Shown one piece after another: positions 1 through 13,722 of a stretch of DNA of 64,000 nucleotides. The position numbers and the translations under genes are program-made. Below the pieces are notes generated by a model, which worked only from the letters and a program-made list of their open reading frames with translations, did not search any database and was not told where the DNA came from. How positions within the stretch are numbered: the first letter of the stretch is position 1; every line of letters starts with the position of its first letter. This DNA is from Selaginella moellendorffii (taxonomy: Eukaryota; Plantae; Lycopodiophyta), in NCBI RefSeq assembly GCF_000143415.4, contig NW_003314408.1:241860-305859 (forward strand). Reading direction: 5' to 3'.

Positions 1-476
1 AAACTGTTTTTTCAATGTTTTATACCAATTCCTAATAAACTTTCAAATTGGAAAACTGTTCTATTAAACAAAAGTAAGCATATTTACCATAACTAAAGCT
101 AGTGGCATTGATTTGCTTACAAATGCAACTATAGATCTCTTATTCTTTATATAAAACTTAATCTTCAAAATATCAATAATCCAAAACATATTCACTGTTT
201 AATAAATAATTATAAATTAATTATTTTAAGAATATTCTAAGAAATTCGAACCAGAAATAACTTAAAAGGGGAAAAGCTATTTAGAATTATTTGACCTGTT
301 AATTGCTATGGCAGCTAAATTTTGACTGGCTGGGACGAGTAGGTTCCGGTCAAGCGGAGGCAGCAGCGGGTTTTCTACAAACAGGTGGGTCGCCGCGCGC
401 GGATCCCTATAATCCTTCTCTCCTCTGGTTTGGTTTCTAGGCTTGAGTGAATGTTTTGAGCATCGCCAGTAACAAT

Positions 477-2539
<2,063 letters not shown>

Positions 2540-2817
2540 AGCGAGAAGTTTGAACGAAGAACGAGGAAACAATTGACAGGACTTATTTAACTTCGCTCGG
2601 CAACCAAATTTCTTCACGGAAGAGCTAGAGGACGGAAAAGACAGTACAGTCAGGCATTGGAAAGATTGGAGTTATCTGTTTTTGTGAGGAGTTTCGGATG
2701 CGTTGAATATCCGACCGTTGACTTAAAAGGTAGACAAGAAAAGCAGTTATTTTGCATAAAAGATATTTAAACACGGATGATCCAGTAAAGCTGTTTTTAA
2801 TTATTGTTTAGGGATTA

Positions 2818-4878
2818 ATGACGGAGATCCGGGCGCTGGATGAGCTGCTGGGGCATGCCGAGTCGCGGCTTGCAGCACAGTGCTTCAGTGTTCCTTACCA
2901 GGGCCATGCGCACGAAGAGCTCTACCGCCAGGTGCGTGAGCTCCGTCGAAAGGTCCGGCAAGCCCTCCACTACAGCGTGTATGCTGCGTTTGTTCAAACG
3001 TCGGGATTTGGCAAAACGAGGGCGGTGTTTGAAATGGCGTGCCTGGGGGTGTATATCTGCTACTGCAGCCTGGCAGCCAAGGGCTCCTCCGCATTTCCTC
3101 CCAGGACGGAGCTCCTTGCGGACAGGCTTTCGGAGGCAGCGAGCGAGATCGAGATGGTGCTGTATCTCAAAGCTTGGCTACTTGTCTTGTACGAGGAACT
3201 CCAGCGAGGTGTCACCGCCCAGCAGTGGAAAGACATGCAGCTTCCCGGCGGCGGGAATCTGGCCAAGAGAGTCCACCAGGTGTGGAGTGATCTCCTTGAC
3301 AAGCCTAACGAGGAGGAGTGGATGGTGTTGGACGATCCAGACAAGGCGAGTGCTGCCATGTTGGAAGATCCGATAAGTAGAATCAATGGCATGTTTCCGC
3401 CTTCGGCTTCTCGGCCCCGTGTGATCTTCGTGTTCGACGAGGCCAGAGGACTGCAGGACGACGCAGAGCTTGGAAAGGCTCCGTTCAACCAAATCCGGAG
3501 AGCTCTCAGGGTGTTTTTCAACCACAGGCAGTTCTTTGCTCTCATGCTGGACACGGCTTCAAAGATCTGCAAAGATTTTCTCCCGAGGAGGAGTGAAGAG
3601 GACAGCGCAAGAGCTTTGAAGCTTGCACTGGGGCTGCTTCCGCCAATCTACTTCATCCCCACCCTGAGCGTCAACAAAGTTGTGGCGGGGAAGACGAAGG
3701 AGGAGTATGTGAATCCGTTCGCCTGGATGACATACGGCCGGCCTATGTGGGCAGCGAGGCTTGCAGTAGAGAAGGATACAGCCAGGCTTCAGGAGTTTGC
3801 AGTGCAGAAGCTGGTGGGTGTTGTGCGGGGCGAGTTTCATGGCACGCAGGTGAATGTTGAGGAAGGGGAGATGACGGAGAGCCAAGCCATTGCAATGCTC
3901 ACGGCCTGTGCAGGTTTGCAAGTATGTGCTCGCTCGCCTCTTGCCGAAGTAATGGCTGCGTCGCATATGAACTTGGTGCTGCGGGTGGCGAAAGGCCCAA
4001 GCCGGATATTCGTGGGGCTTCCAGTGGAACCCATCCTTGCCGAAGCAGCAGCAGGGCTTCTGCGCGACGACATCGTCAAGCAGAAGGCGCTAATGCACGT
4101 AGAGAGCGCATGCATGTCTGGCTACGTGACCCCAGGCCCCAGGGGCGAGTTCGTTGCCAAGTTCATTTTGGTGGCGGCATCATGGGCCTTGGCAGACGAC
4201 AACTTGGACGAGCACTACCTCCGTCCGGTTCCCGTGGCTGACTACGTCCGCAAGCTTCTAGTCAATGGGCGGGCCGATCATGCCTCCTTCAGGGAGCTCG
4301 AGCGCAACCTTCCAGCCGGCGGTATGGTTTTCTTCAACGCTTTTGTAGCCGTCAATACTGTTCCGGACGAGGCCATGCTCGGGAAGTGCTGTGCGAGTGG
4401 CTGCGCCATCATGTACAGCGCCGACAATAACTTGCCAGGAGCTGACGCGATCATTCCGGTATGGAAACCCCAGGGGATGACATGCATCGTCATCTCGGTG
4501 AAGAACTTGCAGAGGGCCGGGTGGCTAGAGAAGGCTTCGGTGGACAAAGTCAAGTGTGAGTTCACAAGAGTGGAGGTAGCACAGGGTTTACCAGTTCTCT
4601 GCACGGTGGCAATGTCGCTCAGGGAACCCAGCATGCAGGACTCAACCAACTGGATATTGTGGGATGATCTTCCCGACATGCATAGTCATGTCACTTGCTA
4701 CGGGATCCAGCACAACTATGACTACTTGTCCACTGAAGTGAAGCAGCTGCTGCAGAGCATCCTGGTTACCGTGCCTGATCCCATGCACGGTGCGAACAAG
4801 GAAGAGGCGGAGTGGATCAAGCAGATGTTGCCAGAGCGTTTTGAGAATGCGGAGAGGCTCTTCCGTCGCTGGAATTGA
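2818..4878 (+). CDS. Intronless 686-aa P-loop NTPase + C-terminal restriction-endonuclease-fold protein (Crinkler/CR-NTPase+REase type)
   Basis: Single long GC-rich ORF. Walker A variant VQTSGFGKTR (about 2992-3021), Walker B VIFVFDEAR (about 3421-3447), then YGRPMW, PVEPILAEAA, GPRGEFVAKFIL and a PD-(D/E)xK-like end GADAIIPV...CIVISVKN. The family call rests on recalled motifs. Confidence 0.75.
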   Translation: MTEIRALDELLGHAESRLAAQCFSVPYQGHAHEELYRQVRELRRKVRQALHYSVYAAFVQTSGFGKTRAVFEMACLGVYICYCSLAAKGSSAFPPRTELLADRLSEAASEIEMVLYLKAWLLVLYEELQRGVTAQQWKDMQLPGGGNLAKRVHQVWSDLLDKPNEEEWMVLDDPDKASAAMLEDPISRINGMFPPSASRPRVIFVFDEARGLQDDAELGKAPFNQIRRALRVFFNHRQFFALMLDTASKICKDFLPRRSEEDSARALKLALGLLPPIYFIPTLSVNKVVAGKTKEEYVNPFAWMTYGRPMWAARLAVEKDTARLQEFAVQKLVGVVRGEFHGTQVNVEEGEMTESQAIAMLTACAGLQVCARSPLAEVMAASHMNLVLRVAKGPSRIFVGLPVEPILAEAAAGLLRDDIVKQKALMHVESACMSGYVTPGPRGEFVAKFILVAASWALADDNLDEHYLRPVPVADYVRKLLVNGRADHASFRELERNLPAGGMVFFNAFVAVNTVPDEAMLGKCCASGCAIMYSADNNLPGADAIIPVWKPQGMTCIVISVKNLQRAGWLEKASVDKVKCEFTRVEVAQGLPVLCTVAMSLREPSMQDSTNWILWDDLPDMHSHVTCYGIQHNYDYLSTEVKQLLQSILVTVPDPMHGANKEEAEWIKQMLPERFENAERLFRRWN

Positions 4879-7800
4879 TAGCATTTTCCTTTGTTAAGGT
4901 TAAGTGAATATCTAAGTATATGTGCTCTTAAACTGAAAACTACAGGAAGCATTTTCATGCTTCTGTTTTCAAAGAACCTCTGTCACGGAGTTCCTCGCGT
5001 GTTTGACAAAGTTTTTTTCTAGTATTAAGTCGCAAATCTTTGCTGAAGGAATTGATCCTAAAACATTTACTGAAACTTAGCCATATTTAGAACGAGAGTA
5101 AACAAATATAATTTTTAAAAAATGATGAATAAATAATCTGAATGGACCCCAATTTATTTTATGGATCATCCCCAGATCATCTATATACAGATTGATAAGG
5201 TTCATCTACACGATATTCTTGTTTAAAGGTTGGTAAAAACATAATATATGCATATAATACAATTCAATGGTTCTATGGAAAGGGATGGTTTAAATTTGAG
5301 TTGAATTCATGAGTTAAGCTCAATTAAGCTCAAGTCAATATCAGCGTAATTTGATTTGTTTGTTGGTTTATTATTACATTTATAATAATTAAGTATTATG
5401 AATTTTATTGTTGACAAAGAGTGCAAACTTAATAAAATAAAAGCTATTGATTGGCTATGTGATCTTAACAACTTGCTCAATTATACGTTTTAGCTAACCA
5501 TATTAACATACAATGGTAGTTCTATCTTTTAACTTTTATCCACACTATCAAGACTGAAAACTACAAAAAAAAAGAGTGTGAAAAATATTCTATTGGCATC
5601 CACTACATTATAATTATGTTTTTTATTGGGCATCCAAATACTTGTTTCATTACCATGATCACAATTTTAATTATAAAAACAATCATACAATAGTAAAGCA
5701 TAACTCAAATAACAAAATAGGCTATACAAATCTCTTTTGTAAGATTGTTGCCACTTTAGTGAGATAGAAATGGATCAAGCTAAAGTGCCATTTTAAAAGA
5801 TATTCCTGTAGTTGCTATTGGAAAAGATGAAGAAGTCATTTCTCTCTCAGAAGTAATATCAGAAAATGAATTATAAAATATCTGGACCACTAAAAAAGCA
5901 CAAAATAAAATATTCTCAAAGCCCATCTAGGTATACTTAATAGCATACCAAAAATATAGACTCTTGGTGAACTTTAAACTATTAAATTCAATTTGTTACC
6001 AGTTCTATTAACTTATTGTGGTCTATGTAAAAGAACTCAATTAAAACATAAAATTCATCAAAATCACACACATTTTAACTTTTAAAGTCTCATCAGCGTG
6101 GGTATGCAAACTGGATTTTACTGCATGCAATAATAGGATTTATTATCAATGATCCAAAATATAGGAAACTTTATTATTATTTTTAAAATACTTATTATTA
6201 AAAAGGAAAACACTTACTTTACTACCCTTAATCCATATATCACCTCTTCCTTCATGTTTAAATATCACCAAAATTTTAAGCTCGAGTATGAAAATCAAAT
6301 GGTTTTGGCTGGAAACAAATTTAGAAAAATCTATCTAAGTATATTCTTTAGTATAAAGGTATAATGCTAATTGTTTTACTTATTATTGAAACAAACCATG
6401 CTAAGATCTACTCTGATTTCTCCCTTGGTTTGTGGCTTGATCTCAAGCGAGGGATTGTACTTGGACAGGCGTGACACACCATGGAAATCCATTACCTCCA
6501 TCTTCTCATGCTCTTGACATGATATAAAGGATCCATGATACGTACAAGGTTCCTACAAGTTGGTTCTTGTTTAGAATCAAGAAGGTGATGAAGTGATATA
6601 TTCAATTAGAAGTCAGCAGAGCCCTTTATTGATACACAACTGTACCAAGTTCGATGGCTCCGTGCCTGCCTGGAGCCTTCATCTTCAATAACGCGCCATA
6701 TGCCTACAGTATGGCCTGGTCTTGTCACAAGCACTTTGTTGGTCCCCACAATGGTTGCATTTACAAGGAGTACGACCGTGACATTGGAGTTTTGAGGATT
6801 TTCTTCATCAGGTATAACCTTCTGGGTGTGTGGTTATTTGAGAGCTACACAAGCTCACAGGAAAAGGGAAGCTTTTGTCAAACAGGTGGTATGATGACAA
6901 GAATTGGAAACCGAGACAACACTTTGTCATTGCTTGTTAGGAGCACAATTTACGGCTTGCTGCACAATATTAGGGCAAAGAAGACTTTCGTTTTACTCCT
7001 GGAGAAATAAGGAAGAATCGCAGTATTTAAAGGGTATTATGATATTTTCTTATGGTTTTGTTCTTTGGCCTTGTGTCAAATTTTTAAATATTTTAAAATA
7101 TGTATGAGATGTAAAAAAAACCCATTATTTCATTTAAAATTTAAATATTTTATAATTAAAATGATCATTACAATGTCTCCATATGTGTTGTCAAAATATG
7201 GAAGTACTGTTTGTGTTGATTCTTCACTAGAATGTCATAGAAAAGCTTGATCCCAGTAACAAAAGTTCCCATTAATGAAACTAAGATAGTTTGTCCAGGC
7301 AGTCCTACAATAAGAGTACATTTTTTTTTAAATATTAAAACCATACCGAAAGAAACAATTTCACACCAAGCTGTTCATCCTACTCAATCTAAACGGGACG
7401 GAACAGCCTCACATCAGATGCCACAGAGGAACTTAACCAAGAGAAAGAGAAAAAACTGTCGGTCAGTCCGCATTGGGGCAAATTGGTCTTTGCTCGCTTT
7501 TCCTGTACGATGCAAAGAAGAATGGCAGTGGCAGCAAATTGAGGAGGAAGGAGTGATCTATTTTGTCGAGAACTTTACAAGGAGATTCCTCTGGAATGTC
7601 ATAAGTACAAAGTTTACACTGCAGAAAGTGGACAGTCCTTCACTCTCTTTTGGCCTTCCTTGTGTTCAGACGCTCACGCCATGGACGGTGCATTAGATTA
7701 GATTAATCGCACTTAAACTAAACACACACTGCTTAGCACTAACACTCCCTCCCCAGTGTGGTCCACGATATGACAAACTTCGCTTCACTCATGAAATCGA

Positions 7801-8594
7801 CGTTCGATTTGCAGCTTGTTGACGCCAACTCACGTCATTGACGGCTAGATTCCGCTGACGTGGCTCAGCCACGCTGGAAAATGCCCGGCCAGCGGGGCGG
7901 CGGGTCATCATTTCCACACTGTGGCCATATTCATGCCAAGCGACTCAACCGCGGTTAGGTCTTGTGACCGCGGTCACTCCATCCAGAGTATAGCTTTCTT
8001 GTTCTTTTTGTGGATGCGAGGGAGGGAGGGAGATGGTGCGCCTACACGCTCGCCTCGCCCACCCGGGCGCACAGTTCTTGTTCTTGATCTCCCAGGCGCC
8101 GGGGCAGATGGATGGCGCCATAGATGCGCGCCGCGTCGAGATCGGCGGAAAAGATTTCGCTCGCGTTCTCGCCATTTTCGGCGCCGCGCACCGCAAATCC
8201 TTCGTCTTGGAGCTGGAATCGCCCCCGAGGTACGTAATATCGAGGTATCCGCCGCGACGAGCGATTTAGGAGGCCGAATTGCAGTGTGTCGAGCCGAATT
8301 TCTTCGGATTCCACAGTGTCAGTGTCGCAATAGGCCCCGGCCTTGATCGCTAAACCTGTCGTGTGGATCCGGCCTAGAAGTAGAATCAAGTGTCGCGAGT
8401 TTCTTTCTTGGCAGGGTTTTTGGTGCTCCGTTCGTGCGTGGCACTGCATATAGGAAGGATTGTGATGCATGGCATGTGTCGATGGGAAGTTTTGCTTGCG
8501 AGAATAGCCTTGGAGAGCTTGCAATCGCTGATCAAACAAGGCTTGAGGTTTTTCCAGGAGAAATCTCGAAGGTTTTGTTGCTAAATTGTGAGTG

Positions 8595-8689
8595 TGTCTG
8601 TGATATTGACAAGGCTCAATCAGGCTGCAATGCTACTCGAGCTAATTAGTGATGCTGCCAGCTTGAGCCGTGCCAATATCACATAGATA
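8595..8689 (+). ncRNA. MIR171: MIR171 precursor hairpin 1 (mature 3p TTGAGCCGTGCCAATATCACA at 8663-8683)
   Basis: The 3' arm carries the conserved miR171 sequence. The 5' arm 8599-8619 (TGTGATATTGACAAGGCTCAA) is its reverse complement with 2 mismatches, and pairing extends below the duplex. Confidence 0.92.
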
Positions 8690-11600
8690 GCTAGCCATGA
8701 CTTCCCTGATCCCGCGTGTTCCTCGAGTCGAGCTTGACGTCTTGGACTTTCCATTTTCAAAGGCAAATTCTTATTTTTCTTCTTCTTCTTTTTCCATTGG
8801 ACTTTGCTAGATTGTCATGGCCAAGTTTTCCGGTTCCGTATGCTTAGCTCTTGACTAAGTTGCTTAAACAAGTAGCAATCGCGCGAATGTGCTCTTTCCA
8901 GCTGACGTGCTTTGCAGGCTTTGAGTAATCTGGCCAGCTTAGAATCCATTCTTGAAAGGAACGCGATGTTCATCATGCGAGTGGGGACTAGGCTATCACT
9001 CTGGGAGACCGGGCGGCGTGGTTGCAATGGAAGTTGAAAGAAGGTAATGTTTAAGCTATTCTTTTCTTTTTTTCTCCCCCGCGGACTATATCGTATTCTA
9101 TCATCTTTTCTCAAAATGTCAACTTCCGAGCTAGAAAGAGACCTTTGAATTGCTGCAAACCAGCTGTGTCGAAGGCGATCACCAATCGAGCGTTACGCGA
9201 GAAGATTTTAATGTTTTGAGGCATGGGCGACAAGATTGAAGCGGGGTTGACTAAATTCGAGTAAGAAACTCTTGGAGGATTTGAGGCCGCGCGCATGACA
9301 CTGGGTGTAGTGAGCTATATCTGGGAGAAGTAAAATTAATCCTCGGAGGACCTTGGCCTGGGGAATGTTCGCAAAGAAATGGTCACAGTGCTCGAAGGAT
9401 GGCATGATTTGTAATGCTGGATGTGTGAATATGTTTAAACAAGCCATGGTACCATTTCCATGCACGCTTGGATTGGACCTAGTTAAACTATGTGTTGACC
9501 CGTGAAATCCTAAGATCGTTTTGGAAGCTAACAACACAAGCTATAGTTATCAACACACACCAAAAACTTTCTTACCCCTTCCCTCCACGCGAGGTCAAGG
9601 CCGTCATGATGATTTACCCGGGTGTCGAAACAACCATCTCGGATTCTTTACTTTTTTCTAAGTTTTCACCCTCTCTCGGGAATCATGAATCCACGAAGGA
9701 ATCCATTAAGGCAGCCTCGGAATTTCTCGAAAGTTTAATGAATGGTACATTTTGTGCTTGCATTGCAATGCAAGCTAAGGTAAAAATGTAAGCTTATAGC
9801 TGACCTCCGTGTTATTATAATTGTTTAGCATCTTTCTATGAAGATTTGCAGAGAGAGCTACTCTAAGAGTTTCTACCATGAGGGGGCAAAAAGGAAGACA
9901 AGCACAAGCTAGATAAGTTCTATAGCATGATGTATGTGGCATGTGGCGCATGCCACCATGATCATCATGATCTCCACCCCCGGAATTTCCACGCACGCCG
10001 AATTGTACCGTGGAGAACACCGACCGATCCCCCAAGGAAAGGCATGCGCCACCCCCATGCCATTCATGTGATCCCCATCTCCCATAGATTCTCTCCCCAT
10101 GCAGCAAATGCCCAGTTGCGGCAAAAGCAAGCGCGCAAAACGCACGCCCCTTTTTCGTCAAGAGGATGGAAGACTCTTGCTCCAGGCACGATGTCACGAA
10201 ATACCACTTCCTTGACACGCGAGGTGTCAATCTTTTGAAGTCTCCGTCCCAAAGACAAGAGATCGATCCAAGCGCGCTTTTCGTGAGAACCAGGATGATT
10301 ACACGGAGAAATGTCTTTCGTCAAATGGCTGGCTTGACATGCTCGCAAACTTCCATTCGCTCTCGTTCTCTCGATGTTCGAAGTATTTTATTTCTATGTA
10401 GAGGTCGTATAGGCAGTTGACTCACTAATTTACTAGCATGCCTTGTCCTGATATCGATCATTCAAAAACATGGCGCTGCCTCCAAAGTGATTATCACAAA
10501 TCGAAGCTGGTTTTCCTGATATACTCCATGGCCAGCCCGCGCCCCCTCAAGAACTTTCGCATTAAACTGTGTCGTTTCTTTGAGTGGGATGGGATCCATC
10601 TATTCCTCGCCTTGATCCCAGAGCGATGATTCTATACTAATATATATACACATATATATACACCTGCAACTACACGAAATCGAAGTATTCAAACGCAATA
10701 GCAAGTTATAGTCGTCGCGTACTGCTTGGATCTTCGTAACTGGATCACAAAAGGAGACCGCGACCATCAACATTGAGCCGCGCGAAAAGAAAGCTTTGCG
10801 CATGAATGAATGGAGGCGTGCCGCTGGGACCAATTTCCCTCGCTTAGATTATCTTGTATACAAATGTATTCCAGTTCCCAACAACAATAGCTGGGGGGCT
10901 TCACCTAAGTTTTACATAATTTCTTTGTTTTCTCTCCAGTTATTTTGGTGTGTAGATCACGGGATGGCGTACAGACGTACGCAGCATATTGTATCTCTAC
11001 ATGCTCTTTGAAAGTCAAGGTTTATGCTTGTATATACAGTGTTGAGCGAAGCTTTACCACAGCAATCATTCGCTTGTGCATGCTTGAGCTCGAAACTTCG
11101 AGATCTGGAACAAAATTATATAGCATAATGTTTGTTTAGCTTGTCTTTGTTACTCCTGACCCTCGCCTGATCATCTAGCTAATGGATGGTGAGTGACTTT
11201 TGCAAAATGGGTGTGTGAAGAAAAGGTGGCCAAACAAAAAGAGGGGAAAAAGTGGTGGCTTGTCCAAGGCTCGCAATCATGGAGACAAAATGTACAGTGT
11301 TTGTTTTTCTGTGACTTTGTCTAACTGTTTGATTTTGAATGATCATTCTGACAATCTGCATTTCTGTGTTGTACTGGAGAATAAGTCACAGGAATAAAAA
11401 AGCTCAAGGGCAAGGAAGAAAAACATCAGATCAGAAAGAAAAGAACTGGCATCATTCCTTTTGATACCTGGCAATTGGCTTCACTCATTTCATCTCCCTG
11501 GCTTGGCTTGTGGTGGCTTAAACCTTAAAAACTGCATAATTATACCTAGCTTGGCATCTTGGAACACATGAGTTATCAAGCAAGTATTGTTTATCTATGA

Positions 11601-13116
11601 TACATTGGTGATTGGTGTGTACATTTAAAGTCAATCAGTCACAATTCCATGGAGAATTCCCTTTGAAGCTGCTGGGTGGATCTATTCTCGACTTCCAACA
11701 AACAGGATTTTCAAAAATTCGAATTCGGCATATTCGGATTGTTTTTTATGCGCCATTTTTCTGGGGGGACTAAAAGTTTGATTTTCCTCGGAAGATGGAA
11801 AGTGTGTGTGTGTTGCGGGGTGAATGAATGGGAGAACGAGGGCTATAAAAGCTGTGCAGCATGGGGCTTGATTGAGCATGCGTTTTAAGATCCTTTTTCT
11901 TTTGGGTTTGTTCCTCTTCTTGAATCCACACGGGCTGATCGATTCCTTCCCAGATTCCTCTTCCTCTTTCTGAATCTGAAGTACTGAATTCCTCCTTCTA
12001 TTGGTGTGTTATTATGGAACAAGGTACCATAGATGCAAGATAAAGCAAAATCCATCCAAATCACCCTCTCCCAAGTGCAAGAAAGTCTATGATCACACAT
12101 ATATAGGTGAGGCTTTTGTTTCCATCCTTTTTGTGTGTAGAACAAAGGGTGTGGATTTTTTGGTGGGAATGAATGCAGCCCGGATGCCTTTGCCAACATG
12201 GGTGTCTGTGAAAGCTTGCAGGGGAATATTCGCATGGGTAGCTAGTCATTATGCTGGTTTCATCTTTTCTTTGTTGCTTGGGCAGGCAGCGAATTGTAAG
12301 TAATTGTCTGGGTGGTGGGGGAATTCTTGTGCTTTCGGTGTCTCCAGATCTTGGGTTCTTGTGAAAGTCTTTGAATTTGCGCCTCATAATGTGTGTATGC
12401 ATATATAGGTCCTGATTTTGTTGGATTTTCATGGTTTTGATTTTGGCTCTCTCTCTTTCGGGTCGCTCTTGGAGGAACGGGCAATTTTTTCTAATCTCAT
12501 TGCATTGAATTTGGATCTTGAATTTGTGTGTTGCTGTCACTGCAAGCTGGTTGCTGATTGGTATGGCGCGATGCAAATTTCTCCCATCTCAATCGAGCAG
12601 GCGCATTCATATCGATCGTTTTCTTTGCTCTTTCTTCGTGTTTTTGTTTGTTTGCTTGTTTTTCTTTCTTTCTTTCCTTCCCATACAGGCATATGTGCGG
12701 AATGTGTAGGTCTTGACAATGGATGCTCGCAACAAGGACGTCAGCAAGGAAAGAACAAGGTGAAAATTTTCCTTTTCTCCATTTTTAAAATGGACGAAAG
12801 ATCGCATATCAGATCCTCTTGGCGATCACTTAAAGGTAACAGGTTAATTCTCTCACAGTCCCTCCTCTTTGGTACCGCGATGGCGATTGCCTGCTTGCGC
12901 TTTCTTTCTTTCTTTCCTTCCTCTCTCTTCCTGCATAATTGCCGATCACAAGCTCGAGTGGTTCTTCTTGCCTGCTCTTCACTTGACAGAATCCCAGCAT
13001 GTTTTTCCCCGACCATTAACTCTACACCACTCCCGTAAGCTTCAAGCGAGCGAGAACGAGCAATCGTCTAGTGAGAAGCATATCATCTCATCAATCACTC
13101 ACTGCCAGTCTAGACT

Positions 13117-13722
13117 TGTGTGTGTGTGTGTGGGTACAGTGGTTTTCCTTGTCCACGAGAGTGATGATACTCTAATCCAATCCAATGCATCCAAACAGTC
13201 GTCATCGCCCCGCTCTGGACAGTGCAAAGTCCTTGTCACCCCCCGTTTGTGCTCCCCCGTTTGCAACAGAAGCACACACACAAGCTTCACATAAACCTTT
13301 GTCATACAATTTGCCTCAAGCCTCTTTGTAGCCAAGGCCTCTATTCGAACCAGCAGCAGGGATTCAGGCCGGAAGCACGCATCTTTCCACTGCAAACGGC
13401 TTCTTTCTTCCTATCATTACCACACCAGTCCTTTTCCTTTTGTTGGGTGATAGCGGCAGAGAGAGCTTGCCAAAACCTCATCACAAAGAGTGTGAATGTA
13501 TGTGTGTGTGTGTGTGTGTGTTAAGAGCGAGTGCTTTCACCACTGCACAATTGCATTGAATTCCACCTCTCTGGACGACTGTTGCTGAGCGTGTGAGCGT
13601 GAGAGCAATTGAGAGAGAGTCACTGTGCGCGCTCTAACAGGAACAAACAAATAGTTTGTTTGTGTTTGTGAGGCACAGCAGCGGCAAAACAGTCGCAGCA
13701 GCAGCGGCAGCAGCAGCAGCAG
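13117..13722. repeat. Microsatellite cluster: (TG)8, (TG)10 and imperfect (CAG)n
   Basis: (TG)8 at 13117-13132, (TG)10 at 13501-13520, and a CAG/CGG run at about 13695-13722, all read directly. Confidence 0.85.

Noticed and set aside
2840-4958. Many overlapping alternative-frame and antisense ORFs over the NTPase gene (likewise over the F-box, CPBP and VIT-like genes)
   Set aside because: Expected shadows of GC-rich codon usage; they carry no motifs of their own.
6400-7010. 118-aa ORF and a moderately GC-rich patch in the AT-rich spacer
   Set aside because: No recognisable motif or consistent exon structure; cannot be supported as a gene.
7921-8346. GC-rich short ORFs upstream of MIR171 hairpin 1
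   Set aside because: No homology recognised. ACGT elements nearby fit a promoter or 5' region of the pri-miRNA better.
10772-10783. ATTGAGCCGCGC, a partial miR171-like match
   Set aside because: Only about 12 nt match, and there is no complementary star arm nearby.
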